A stretch of 64,000 nt of DNA from the NCBI RefSeq assembly GCF_009914755.1, contig NC_060935.1; one strand, given 5' to 3'. The stretch comes from the human T2T-CHM13v2.0 reference genome, Homo sapiens. Below, piece by piece: positions 1 through 19,995 of this stretch (positions within the stretch are counted from its first letter, which is position 1; each line of letters begins with the position of its first letter). The notes below the pieces were generated by a model, which was not told where the DNA came from, searched no databases, and saw nothing but the letters and a program-made list of their open reading frames with translations. Position numbers and translations under genes: made by a program.

Positions 1-744
1 TCAAAAGAATCCACAAAACAGAATAAACAGACCCAGAAAGGATTCAGATAATGAAATTACCAGGCACAAACTATAAATAACTATGCTTGTATGCTCTAAA
101 GTTGTCAGAAATAAGCTTTAAAATGCAGAAATGCAGTCATTTTTAAACTTAAACATGCAGGGAATAAGAAACTATAAAGAAAGAGCAAACAGATTTGAAA
201 AATGGCCCAAATAGAATGCCTGGAAATTGAAAATATAATAATTGAAATGTAAAATTTAGTAGGTGGTTTAACCACCAGATTACAGACGTCTGAACAGAGA
301 ATTAGTAAACTAGATTATGAATCAAAGAAATTTATCCACAGTATATCTTAGAGAGACAAAGAGATGGAAAATATGATATAGAGCTTAAAAGACACAAAAG
401 AGTAAATAAAAAGGTCTGAAAGGCTAAGACAATATCTAAAGTGATAACGGTTGACAACTTTTCCAATTTGATGAACAATGCCAATCTACAGATTCAACAA
501 CCCAACACATTTCAGAGTAAATAAAAAGAAATGACCACTAAGATACATCCACAATGAATGTTAATCAGCAACAAAAAGGCAGAAAACAATGAAAAAAAAT
601 CAGGAGATATTGACAACATGTCCAATGTGCTGAGAGAAAGTAACTTTCAAATTTAATACCTTCTTAACATGAAAATGTCTCTCAAGAAGGGGGGTGAATT
701 AAAAATATGTTCAGACAAAAACGAAGAGACTTTGTTAACAGCAA

Positions 745-776
<32 letters not shown>

Positions 777-1250
777 GTCACTTTATGATGAGCACTTATG
801 ATGAGCAAAGTCTTACTTCAGAAGAAATACATAAGATTTTTATATGCACTTGAGAACATAGCCTCAAATATATAAAATATTTTTAACCACGGTGGGTGAT
901 TTTAACATACCATTGTCAGTAATTGATAGAATAGATTTTAAAAATCAAATAGATGTATAAAAATTGACTATGATTAACAAACCTGATCAAAGGGGCACGT
1001 TCTTTGTAAGTAAACGTACAACCTTTATAAAATGAACCATGTATAAGACCATGAAACAAGCCTTAACACATTTCAAAGGATCAGAGTCACACAGACCATA
1101 TCCTCTAACCACAATGCAATTTACCTGAAATCTACTAACCAAAAGATAGCCATTAAGAAACACATTTCTAAATAAATCATGATTCTGAAGAAAAAAAATA
1201 ATAGGAATTTCTAATTATTTATATATGAACAATAATAGAAATATTTTATG
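1..1250 (+). mobile_element. Old L1 (L1M-type) ORF1/ORF2 remnants
   Basis: A-rich degenerate L1-like sequence (gagaattagtaaactaga, gtgggtgattttaacatacc, tctaaccacaatgcaat). Confidence 0.6.
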
Positions 1251-1257
1251 TATCTAT

Positions 1258-1464
1258 CAGATTTTCTCTACCTCAACACCGTTGACATTTTGAGCTGGAT
1301 AATTTTTATTGTGGGGGACTGTCTAGTGCATCGTAACATGTTTAGCAGCATCCCTGGCCTTTACCCACTAGATGCCACAGCACTTCCCTATCATGACAAT
1401 GAAGTGCTCCCAGACATTACCAAATATCCCCCGGGTGGCAAAAATCACCTATGGTTCAGAACCA
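1258..1464 (-). mobile_element. MER20 (hAT-Charlie DNA transposon)
   Basis: tttagcagcatccctggcctttacccactagatgcca and both termini match the reverse complement of MER20. Confidence 0.8.
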
Positions 1465-1658
1465 CACACATATTATACGTATGTATTTTGTGTGTGTGGA
1501 TTCTATTTCCGCCTAAAATGTAGAAGGCCAGAATGCATCAATCCCATTCTAAGAACAATAAAAGATAAGTGACAAAAGTATAACTTTTCTTGAGCCAATT
1601 AGAGAGCTGAGGTCACATCACAACCAAGCAGCCTAGCATCCAAGGAAACACAGAAACA

Positions 1659-1950
1659 GGCCGGGCGCGGTGCCTCACGCCTGTAATCCCAGCACTTTGG
1701 GAGGCCGAGGCGGGCGGATCACGAGGCCAGGAGATTGAGACCATCCTGACTAACTCGGTGAAACCCCGTCTCTATTAAAAATACAAACAAATTAGCCGGG
1801 CGTGGTGGTGGGTGCCTGTAGCCCCAGCTACTAGGGAGGCTGAGGCAGGAGAATGGCATGAACCCGGGAGTCAGAGCTTGCAGTGAGCCGAGATCGCGCC
1901 ACTGCACTCCAGCCTGGGCGACAGAGTGAGACTCCATCTCAAAAACAAAA
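1659..1950 (+). mobile_element. AluY
   Basis: Full dimer with AluY diagnostics. 17-bp target-site duplication (TSD) AAGGAAACACAGAAACA at 1642-1658 and 1950-1966. Confidence 0.9.
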
Positions 1951-2909
1951 AGGAAACACAGAAACATCTAAAGAGAGACAGGTTGTGAACACTTTCTCAC
2001 CCATGGGAGAATATGAGAGAGGGAAATGTCAGGTTCCATACAAGCTGATATTAGAAATTGTTTAAATTTTCAACAGATTGCTAAAAGATGAATGTGGACT
2101 ACTATGAGGATGTAGAACCACTGGGAGCCATAGGCACAAGGGAACCTCACACCTACTCAGATTCTTCTCCGTGGATCTACACTGAGTGTGTGTTCATGAG
2201 GCAAATAGGAGGCAGAGCAGGAGACAAGAGAAACCCTTCCTCAGTAGTGCAGGCCTGACAAAAGGCAGCAGCCACTGCTGTAGGAAAGGCATGAAGCGCC
2301 CCCCATACAGAACATTTCCCCCTGCAGAATAAAGGCCATCTGGGACAGAGGCAGCGTACCTTCTTGATTGCTCTCAAGGCACAGGTGAAGACTTACTGGG
2401 GCTAGTGAAACAGTAAAGGAAAAAAGCCTCTACCCCTGGAAGAGGAGCAAGACACATTCCCGGGCCAAAACCATTAGAGGTATCCTACTGTTGGTGGGAG
2501 GGTCTAAAATTCTCTTGTACAAAACCTGCCAAAGATAGAAGGCAAAGTTAACTGTCATGGGAAGGAGGAGCAGGAGAAAGAGAGGCCACACAGGGTCTGC
2601 TTAAGACTGAGCCTGGACCAGGACAACAGAAAAATTACCGTACTTCCCCACCACCAGATCAGCAAGTACCAAGTAACAAATAATAGAAATCTACTACTGA
2701 GAGACAGGCAAGAGCATAAAGAGAGATCCCTTCTACTGTGCGCACATGCAGGAAGGCCAAAACATGGGGGCAGAACAGGAACATTTCAAGGGGTGGGGGG
2801 ACTCTCCAAGACCCCTGAATAAGTACAGAATAACACCAATGGAATTTGAAATTAGTAATGTTAGTAATTACTGTTGTCGGCTACAGCAACAACAAAACCC
2901 AAACCCACT

Positions 2910-3182
2910 CAGGGAGGCTGAGGCAGGCAGATCACTTGAGCCCAGGAGTTTGAGACCAGCTGGGCAACATGGTGAAACCCTGTCTCTACAAAAAATTCAA
3001 AAAAAAATTAGTCAGGCATGGTGGCACATACCTGTGGTCCCAGCTACTCCAGAGGCTGAGGTGGGAGGATAACCTGAGCCCAGGGAGGTCAAGGCTGCAA
3101 TGAGCCATGATCATAACACTGCACTCCTCCTTGGGCAACGGAGGGAGACCCTGTCTCAAAATAAATAAATAAATAAACAAAC
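2910..3182 (+). mobile_element. AluJ (5'-truncated) within an old L1M 5'/ORF1 region (about 1570-4140)
   Basis: AluJ motifs (gaggtcaaggctgca, gaccctgtctc) and a TAAA tail. The flanks are degenerate L1-like sequence. Confidence 0.75.
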
Positions 3183-4755
3183 AGCTCAAATTCCCTACTA
3201 AGTTTTTAAACATCTACACATACACACTACACACACCTACACACACATACACTCCAGTGACCTAGCAGAAGTGGATATACTCATTTCAAGACACAAATAC
3301 TATCTACCTCAGTTTCTAGTATTCCAAAAATCATATCCAGCATTCGTCAAAAATTATGAGACATACAAAAAGAACAAGAGAAAAAAAACACTATCAAGGG
3401 ACAAAGCAATCAATGAATAAGATGCAAAGATGACCAAGATGTTGGAACTATCAGACAGTAATTTAAATAACTATGACTAATATGTTAAAGGTTATGGTGG
3501 GAAAGATGAACAACATGAGAGAGATAGACAACATGCATGAACAGATAGAGAATTTCAGCAGAGAAATGAAAACTCTTAAGAGACAGATATGTGAGAAAGA
3601 AAAGTAACAGAAATGGAAAATGTTTTATATGTGTTCATCATTAGACTCAAGACACCACTGAGGAATCAGTGAATTTGAATATAGGTCAATAGAAATTTTC
3701 CAAACTGGAACAGTAAGAGAAAAAACAAAAAGAAAATTAACTACAGCTACACACATCATCATTGATGGATCTAAAAATACATAATTTGGGGCAAAAAACG
3801 TAAATCACAGGAGAATAAAGACAGTACAATTCTATTTATATGAAGTCTAAAAACAGATAAACCTAAACAATATTATTTTGCATCCTTGCAATTAATATGT
3901 GCTAAAATCACAAAGAAACAAAGCAGTGTAGTGGGTTAGTTACCTCTTTGGGTGAAGGAAGGAAATGAAATCCATAGGGCATTGTGGAGGCAAGAAGTGA
4001 CAGGAAGCTTCCAAGGTAGTGATAATGTTCAAATTTCTTAATCTAGGTGGTTCCACAGACATTAGCTTTATAAGTATTCATTAAAATATGCATATGTTTT
4101 ATATACTCTGTATTTTAAAATTAAAACTATTTTTAAAAAAAAATAAAAAGGGAGCTACAATCATGAACTAAGGCTATGAGTTTAAGATGTAAAATTATGC
4201 AGGTAAAGAATAAAAAAATTAAGTCAATAATTGAAGAATTTTTTAAATTTTTGTTTGATACTTCTACATATTTAAATGCTTCATGTAAAAGATTCTGCCT
4301 GAATTATTTTTCTTTTGCTCAGATGCTTGCTATTATATAGACAAAAATCTAAAAATTGAAAAGGCAACCAAGTGACTCAATTTTTTATGCCTCAATAACT
4401 AAATAAACATCTCTTTTTTTCTGAGAGGCTCCAAGGATGAAATTAATATTTTTTTATTAAAAAAAGAGAAAGAAAGAAAACGTAATATTTGAATGAAGAT
4501 CGTTATATAATAGTCAAAGTACTAGGAATTATCTTTTATCAACATAAGCTTTATGTAATTATTTCTAATCAAATTACTTCCACTTTTGGACCTAATATAA
4601 GTATAAAGACTATTTCTGGGGGTGACTGGAAAAAAGTGTCTTACTCAATTTTGAATATTTTGATACATCAGAATTTAATATTTGATTCTTTAGTCATTCT
4701 TCTATTTCTATATATGTAACTAAATTATTTTGGTATTGTGATATAATTATTTCAG

Positions 4756-4820
4756 ATATACAAGAATCCATTTGCAAAAACCCATCCATCAAAAATACTT
4801 TACAAATAATACCACTTCTG
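4756..4820 (+). CDS. CEP126: Penultimate coding exon of centrosomal protein CEP126 (KIAA1377)
   Basis: Acceptor ttatttcag| and donor CTG|gtaagt. The 65 nt read xAT-IQESICKNPSIKNTLQIIPLL, matching the recalled CEP126 C-terminus, and join in frame to the exon at 9578. Confidence 0.9.
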
Positions 4821-5036
4821 GTAAGTATTTGAAGAAGCTCTTTTTTTCTTGTTTTAGGAAACTTCTGATTTTATGTACACATCAATACAGGTAAGAACCC
4901 CGTATTAATATTAATATTTCTTGGGATTGGTTTATAGAGGTTTTCTCCTCAATTGGCTTTTTATTATAAGACTGTTCATTAGAATTATGCAAATATCCTG
5001 TCATTTAAAAAAATCCTTAAAGGTCAGAATATGAAG

Positions 5037-6686
<1,650 letters not shown>

Positions 6687-6850
6687 CAGAATATAAACAT
6701 TTTTATATTCAGAGTATTTTCATCAGTCATGGGAGCAGAAACAGGTATTAGTGTACCAATCTTCAAATAACTTTAGATGTGTATCCTAATTGAAAAACTG
6801 CTAAGAAGTGTACATCGGTAAGTATCCATATCTTTTCTGTGTCTTGAGAG

Positions 6851-7103
6851 TTTTTTTTTTTTTTTAATTATACTTTAAGTTCTGGGATACATGTGCAGAA
6901 CATGCAGGTTTGTTACATAGGTATACATGTCCCGTGGTGGTTTGCTGCACCCATCAACCCATCATCTACATTAGGTATTTCCCCTAATGCTATCTCTCCC
7001 CTAGCCCTCCACCCCCGACAGGCCCTGGCGTGTGATGTTCCCCTCCCTGTGTCCATGTGTTCTCATTGTTCAACTCCCACTTACGAGTGAGAACATGCAG
7101 TGT
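6851..7103 (-). mobile_element. Short L1PA 3'-end insertion
   Basis: Poly(T) followed by attatactttaagttctgggatacatgtgcagaac, the L1PA 3' terminus. Confidence 0.85.
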
Positions 7104-7177
7104 TAAAACTAGACATTACTGAATCTTTTTTTTTATTTTTTGCCTTGGCACTGGGTTCTGGTAAAAATGATCTGGAA

Positions 7178-7484
7178 CAGCACTTTTCAAACTTTAGTGT
7201 ACTTTGTACCACCTACAGATCTTGGTAAATACATTTTCTAATGTAGTAGGTCTGGGATGAGACTAGGTAATACCAATGCTGCTAACTAACTTTGAAACAC
7301 AAGTTAGTTCTATGTGAAGCACTAACTTCACATAGAAACATGAACATGGATACACATTGGAATCACATGGAGAGCTTTAAAAAATACTGATGCCTGGGTC
7401 ATACCTGAGGGCAGCTTGGGCATTTAGATATTTTTAAGCTCTCTGAAGAATTCAAATGGGAAGTGAAGGATGAGAAACACTGGT
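7178..7484. mobile_element. MER5-like fragments
   Basis: cagcacttttcaaactttagtgt, tagtaggtctgggatga and ttggaatcacatggagagctttaaaaaatactgatgcctggg resemble MER5A. Confidence 0.55.
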
Positions 7485-8978
7485 CTAGAAACAGTGATGA
7501 CAAACAAGAAAGTCACCTACCCTTCCTGGTCCCCTGTCCTTTGTCCATCTGGGAGTTCGTGGGGAAGGGGATCAAAGTGTAGCCTGCACTGATGAGGAAA
7601 GCCAGTGAAGTAGTCAGTCCAAGTACCCTCTCCCATTGACAGTACTGGACATACACTGACAAATTCTTCTTTTGCTGGACTTCTCTTAGTCACCAATCTA
7701 TCAATAAAACAGCAGTACTACATAAATGTTGAATTAACTATTATAGTCAAGAAAGAGATTTATGAAATACTTTCATGTCTCTGACAAATTTTGCTTTGCT
7801 TCTCATTTGCATTGTATAAGTGGTCTTCCATTTCTTCTTCCGTTTATTAAATATTAAGTACCGTCTATGTGCCAGAAACTTTGCTACATTCTAAAAATAC
7901 ATCATGAGCACAAAATAGCCAACTTTGCTAAGGCTAGGATTCACATTTCTCAGTTAGAAATTTTGGCCACAAAAGAAGAAGGCAGAAGTGGTCAGAAGCC
8001 ATTATTGTTAGAAGATCATCATGGTTAGTCAGTGATGGACAAATACAAAGGTGCCCAGCAGCTCACTCCTCTCCACTCTATAGCATCTTCATGACTACAG
8101 GCCCTGCTGACCAACAGCAGCCCTAGGCCGACCACCAGGCACTGGGCTGCAGACCTGAAGACAGTAGCTTCAGAAAAGCAGAGTCGTTCCACATTCGGCA
8201 GTTTCCATAGATTTCCCCAGCAAGCTCCCCCTTCATAGTTCCACTTCAGCAGCTTGGGCATGCTTGGATTATCAGATTTCCCTGCAAGCTTCAATTTGTT
8301 TACCCACACCAGTGCTTCAAACAGCCTGCTCAGTCATCCTTTCTCTGATCCTGACTGGCACGCCACAGTAGAGCAGGCTACATTTTTATCCCTTGCCCCA
8401 TATACTCTGATCCTTCAATTTTCCTTTTCCAGACCCTCATTTTCCCAGCTCCTATATTTGGTAAAATGTAATTCCTGTGATAAGTACCTTAGTCCCATAA
8501 TTCTTATAATGTCTTTGTTTTCCTGATGGATACGGTCTGATAGAGGAAACATAAAAATAAGCGGTCTCTTATAAATCAGTGTAAAAAGCACTAACTTCAC
8601 AGGCATATGAACATATGGGAAATGAACAACATTCTGAGTTCTGAAAAAAGCTTCAGAGTTAGCCAAATGAATATTATTTCAGAGACTGAAAAGGAGAAAG
8701 GAACTTCCAAGGACTAAATGAAACAGATTCAGGATGAAGAGGGAGAGAAAAAACTGGAGAGGGAAGCAGGGGCTAATGTTCCCATAGGTTTCCTTCTGGC
8801 GTGCCTAACTATGTGGGTTCCAGGCCCTTTCATCATTAGTTCCATCGGACATTGTTTTCACAAGCTCACCCCCAAGAACTCCCATTTCTGCTATACAACA
8901 CTATAGAGTTTTATTGGTACCCAGAATTTATCTAGAAGAAAATTTTAAATAAAGAGCTTTAAATGCAGGTTCAAATAA

Positions 8979-9340
<362 letters not shown>

Positions 9341-9577
9341 TAAAACTGCACATTTTCAAAGTGGGAATTTTACCTTTTAGAGTAGAAAGGTACTGATGAA
9401 CATAATGTAAGGGTTGAGGTAAATAATCTATAAAGTCCTCTGCAATCTTAAACTCATTACCTGGGAGAATGATGTCAGGATGTGTTGAATATGCCACTAT
9501 TTGACATGTCAGCCTAGTTTGTAGCTGCAGTGTTTTGGCATGTGTTTGCATGCTTGTTTCTTCTTTCTGATTTCCAG

Positions 9578-9622
9578 GAGAAGAGAGAAGATAGAACCAG
9601 CAGCTGCAGAGACAAGAGATAA
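9578..9622 (+). CDS. CEP126: Coding part of the last CEP126 exon (EKREDRTSSCRDKR-stop)
   Basis: Pyrimidine-rich acceptor ttcttctttctgatttccag|GAG, phase 0. The frame continues from 4820 to TAA at 9620-9622 and matches the recalled C-terminal residues. Confidence 0.9.
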   Translation, partial: EKREDRTSSCRDKR

Positions 9623-9757
9623 TTCCAGCAGAATCCGTCTAAGAAGACCTTTCATGTACTTCTCTAGGACTAGATGCATACCGTTTTGTGAAAACCAGCC
9701 ATAGGAAAACATGTGAGCAACAACCCCCATGAACATTTGTCCTAACTCAGATTTTGT

Positions 9758-9814
9758 GAGCAGTGAAGTTTAACAGAGCAGTGACATTTAACAAAGCAGT
9801 GAAGTTTAACAGAG
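9758..9814 (+). repeat. Three-copy 18-bp tandem repeat (GAGCAGTGAAGTTTAACA) in the CEP126 3' UTR
   Basis: Units at 9758-9775, 9776-9793 and 9794-9811, with 0-2 mismatches to the consensus. Confidence 0.9.
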
Positions 9815-9987
9815 TTCTGAGAATACCATGAAAGACATTATGCCTGCCTAAACAAAAAGCAGGACATAACCTAGCTCTGAATACATGCCACAAGGATGAA
9901 GCTTGTGAGTAGAGCAAACAAACGTTTTTCCAAAGAATTCACAGTGCTCCTTTGCAATTTATAGATTTCATGTTGAAATATATGTTA

Positions 9988-10022
9988 AATAAAATTTCTG
10001 TTTATTGAACCTCTTTATTAAA
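9988..10022 (+). terminator. Candidate proximal polyadenylation signals of CEP126
   Basis: AATAAA at 9988-9993 and ATTAAA at 10017-10022 in U-rich context, upstream of the first UTR Alu. Confidence 0.5.
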
Positions 10023-10282
10023 CCTCTAACTTACTGATAAGATGTTTATGAAGTATGGCATATTTTGATTTTTTAATTGTAATAAATATTCTTAAAGTTA
10101 CCACATCCCACAAAATGGCCCTTGGTGGCAGCAATAGAGCAAAGGTTACCTTTTTGTATGGTGAAGGGAGGCCTTCCTATGGCTGTACAATTACATCGAT
10201 TCTTCCAAATTTCATATTTCATACATGGCACTTTGGCATACCGAAAAAACATGAAATTTTTCATTAAAATGCCATGAATCAA

Positions 10283-12778
<2,496 letters not shown>

Positions 12779-13024
12779 CTAATAACTGGTCAGAAAAATT
12801 TAGACGGTCTTCATTTTAAAATTGGCATCAGGAAGGATTACCATGAACTTATTTTAAATCCATATTGTACCAGAATGACTATGTCTGTGTTTCTTAGGAA
12901 TGTTGAAGCTTTTTGTGAAAACTGTACTGTATACATATATAAATATACACACACTTACATGTATGTATTTTGATAGATATTACATGGACTAAATTTTGTC
13001 AATTTCATGTAATTTACCCTTTGC

Positions 13025-13127
13025 AATAAAAATGATTCATTAAATATATAACTAAATGTGATTTGGTTTTTATAACTGTAAATTTTTAATATAAAAATTC
13101 CCAAAATGTTTGTTTGTATTTTCTTTG
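13025..13127 (+). terminator. Candidate distal polyadenylation signal of CEP126
   Basis: AATAAA at 13025-13030, several upstream TGTA motifs (about 12925-13010), and downstream tgtttgtttgtattttctttg. Confidence 0.55.
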
Positions 13128-13247
13128 ACATTGAGAAACCTGACACTCATTAGCCACAATACAGGCACTAATTTAACTCTAGTATACATGAAAATTTGCT
13201 TCAGAATTGCTAATCCACATACCTAGGAGAAACAGATTTCTAACTAA

Positions 13248-13672
<425 letters not shown>

Positions 13673-13999
13673 AGTGATAGTTTACCAAGTGAATAATTTT
13701 AATACAGTTTAGATTCATTTGTCACAATCTGTATCCCATGTTGGATTCTTCCAGCATCCTGGATGTTTTTCCTATTTGCATACAGTAAATTCACTCTTTG
13801 TAGAATTGTGTAGGTGTTGACATATGCATAGCATTGTATACCCATCACTACTGTACCATGCAGAACAGCCCTATCATGCCAAAAATTCCTTCATACAGCC
13901 CTGAGCAACCACTGATCTGGATTTTGTTTCTATTATTTTGCCTTTCCCAGAAAGGGGGAATATTAGAATAAAACTTTTGGTGCTGGATTGATGTCGGAG

Positions 14000-15713
<1,714 letters not shown>

Positions 15714-17138
15714 ATGAGGACATTCCAAAAAGACACAGGAGCCAGGTTGCCCTGGCCTGGGCAACAAGAGCAAAGCTCCGTCTCAAAATACATAAGTAAA
15801 TAAATAAATAAATAAAATGGGGACATTCCAAAAAGACACAGGAGCCAACCTGACAGAGCTCCCCATGTCAAAGCTGTTACAATTTGAGAAGGTAAGTGTA
15901 AACAATTTGAACAAATTACACCTGCCTATACTGATATGAATAAATGAGTGCATAAATAGATGAGGAAGAAGGAATGACTCTTCTTCACAGTAGAACTCCA
16001 ATTAATAAATGTAGAAGAAATTAGAGAAATATAAAGATCACCATTAGAAAACCACAATTAATTGTTGCAAGCAAGATCCACAAATGACTGCCAACATTTG
16101 TTAAAAACTGTAAGAAGAAACAGGGTATTTAGGGAGCCTCAAAGTATCTCCCATAAAATATGTATTAATTGCAAAGAGGGGAAAAAAGTAATTTTACAGT
16201 ACAGAAACCTAGCTGATATCACCTGAACCAAATGATCAAGGTTAAAATTACTAATAAAAAGACATGTCAATATCGTGTTGTACCTCCGGATATAATGTGA
16301 TATGATGCACTGAGAAGATTATATCACCTCTGCTGTGTTCTTCCCAGAACTTCATAACCTCAATTTAATCAAGAGAAAAACATCACACAAACTCAAACTG
16401 AGGGACTTTCCAAACATGTCAAGGTTATGAAAGAGAAGGAAAGACAGAGATTGTCACAGGTCTGAGGAGACAAAAGAACATGACCACAAAATGTTTCATA
16501 ACATCTTTGATTGGACCCTGAAACAGAATAAGGATATTCATTTTAAAAAGAATGGTAGAATTCTAATAAAGTCTGTCATTTGTTAATAGTGTTATATACA
16601 AATATTCATTTCTTAGTCTTGATAACTGTACCTGGTTATGTAGGATGTTAACATTAGAAAAAGCTGGGTAATAGGTACACAGAAACCCTTTGTGTCATTA
16701 TGGCAACTCTTCTGTAAATCTAAAGTTATTTCAAAATAACAAGTTAAAATGTTTTAAATTCTCAAAATGTTTAAAATCTTTTGTTATACTAAATGTCCCA
16801 ATTTGGAGTTTGGAACAATTATCACTGTAATTATAGAAAACATTAAAACATACATTGAATAGTTTTTAATGTATTAAGCACTTACATATATATATATATA
16901 TATATATATATGTCACTTGATATGGATCATACAGAGCAATGTTCTTGCCCACAGAAGTTAATAATTTAGACAGTCTGTTTCAAAGCCACATTCCAAGCCC
17001 AATATCAATGATACTGAAGAAGAGAAATTTCCATCTCATCAAAGTAGTAAAAGATCCTCAAGGTGCTTGATACTGCAGCAATATTTCCTATTGCCTCTGC
17101 AGTGGCTGTAAAGATTACGAACTCTGTGGCTAGATGGG

Positions 17139-17559
17139 TGGATTCGTTTGTTCTTGCACTGCTATAAGGAAATACCTGAAACTGGGTAATTTATAAAGAA
17201 AAAAGGTTTAACTGGCTCGTGTTTCCACAGGCTGCACAGGAAGCATGATGCTCCCATCTGCTCAGCTTCTGGGGAGGCCTCAGGGAACTTTCAATCATGG
17301 CAGAAGGCAAAGGGGAAGCAGGCACATCTTTCGTGGTAGGAGCAGGAGCAGGAGAGAGAGGACAAAGGTGCCACACACTTTTAAACAACCAGATGTCATG
17401 ACAACTCACTATCGTGAAGACAGCGCCAATGGAGGGTGGTGTTAAACCATGAGAAACTGCCTCCGTGATCCAATCACCTCCCCCTAGGCCCCACCTCCAG
17501 CACTGGGGATTACAATTCAACATGAGATGTGGGTGGGGACACAGAGCCAAACCCTATCA
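17139..17559 (-). mobile_element. MaLR solo LTR (MSTA/MSTB)
   Basis: TG...CA termini, 5-bp TSD ATGGG (17134-17138 and 17560-17564), and typical MST sequence. Confidence 0.88.
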
Positions 17560-17985
17560 ATGGGGAAACAGTGTGGGAGACTTTTTGAGGTCCATACAGT
17601 TGTCCCTGGGCTGCAGCATCCCACAGGGGAGGCTTCACCACCAAGGTTTTTACAGTCACAAGCACTCATTTGCTTATGGTATATGTCTTATCAAAATGAC
17701 AAAAATACTCCTTTTTATTGCCACAGTAGAAGAAAAAAAACCATTAAGAGCTGATTATTTGAAATGGAAAAATGTCTACATGCCAAGAAAAAAAAGATTT
17801 TATCTTGCAATAAAGACCTTTTCCTATAACAACAGCTAATGTTTGTTGAAAGCTTTTAATATGCCAAGTCTTGTGCAAAGCTCTTTATATGCAGGATTTC
17901 ATCTAATCCTCCTAGGAACCCCATGAAGCATTATTATTATGTCCATATTCAAATAAGAGAATTGAGGTGTTGCAAGGTTAAGTAA

Positions 17986-18938
<953 letters not shown>

Positions 18939-19995
18939 TGGCACCCTGTCTTCTTAATACCAAAGGTGTCAGCATCATTAGCTGCTAGCCAAATGGCAAA
19001 CAAAACCACTTTACCTACTTGGCCAAGTAAATATTGCGAAAGTAAGGAAGGGATGGAAAAATAAAGGTTATTTAGTCTTAGCTATTGTATTCCTAAAGTA
19101 AATATAATCTTGCAAGTCATCATGGGGAAAATAACTAGGGAAACCTAAATTATCCTCCAAAATTCCCTTTGCCTTTCATATTCAATAAAGCCTAACCCTC
19201 CCTCACCATCAATAAGTCAGTCTGTCTTTGGTTTGCTTTGGCGGTTGAATAGCTGCTACGTTAGTGGCATATACAAAATGAGAGGGTAGAAGATCAATAG
19301 AGAGGTTATGTAAGAAAGAAATTCATTACAGTATCTCTTTATAGCACTTCTATTTGCTTATTGACTAAATATTTATGTTAAGCACTGTCTATGTGCCAGG
19401 CACTATACCCCAGCTACAGAAAAAAAAAAAAAAAAAAAAATGAATGATATATTCCCTGCCCTCCAGTAGTTCAGTTTCCTGGGGGAATGAGACATAAGTA
19501 ATCAACTGTAATAGGGCTGAACTTGACCCTAAAGGAGTCAAGTGGAGAAAGCACATATTTTTTTCTGTCTGGGAAAGTCAGGATATTGGGGCCTAAAGTA
19601 TAAGTTGCGGTTCACCAGGCAGAGAGGGACACAAAAAATATTCCAGGAAGACAGAACAGTATGTTCAAGGTGACTACAAGTAGCTCAGCATGATTGCAGT
19701 TCAGGTTGCAAGTTGGGGAGTGGCAGGATATGAGGCTGGAAAGGCAAACATAAGCCCAAATGACATGCATAACTGCCTTGTAATATCACACTTACCTTCT
19801 CACTGCATTCTAGAACATGTCTTATTCATCAATGTCTCCCTAACTCAATGTGTGCCATGTAATAGGTCCTCAAATAACAGTACATTAACAGCCCGACAAT
19901 CTTTTTAAATGTAATTTTATGTCTATCATAATCAGTTGTAAAACTAGGTCAACTTGTATTAAGCTGTTAGTTGGCCTTTTTTAAAACTAATGTAA

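Noticed and set aside
779-808. Small tandem duplications (here, inside the Alu at about 10460-10495, and at about 63493-63530)
   Set aside because: Ordinary slippage duplications inside decayed repeats.
9758-9814. CRISPR-like direct repeats
   Set aside because: Contiguous tandem units with no spacers, in mammalian DNA with no cas genes.
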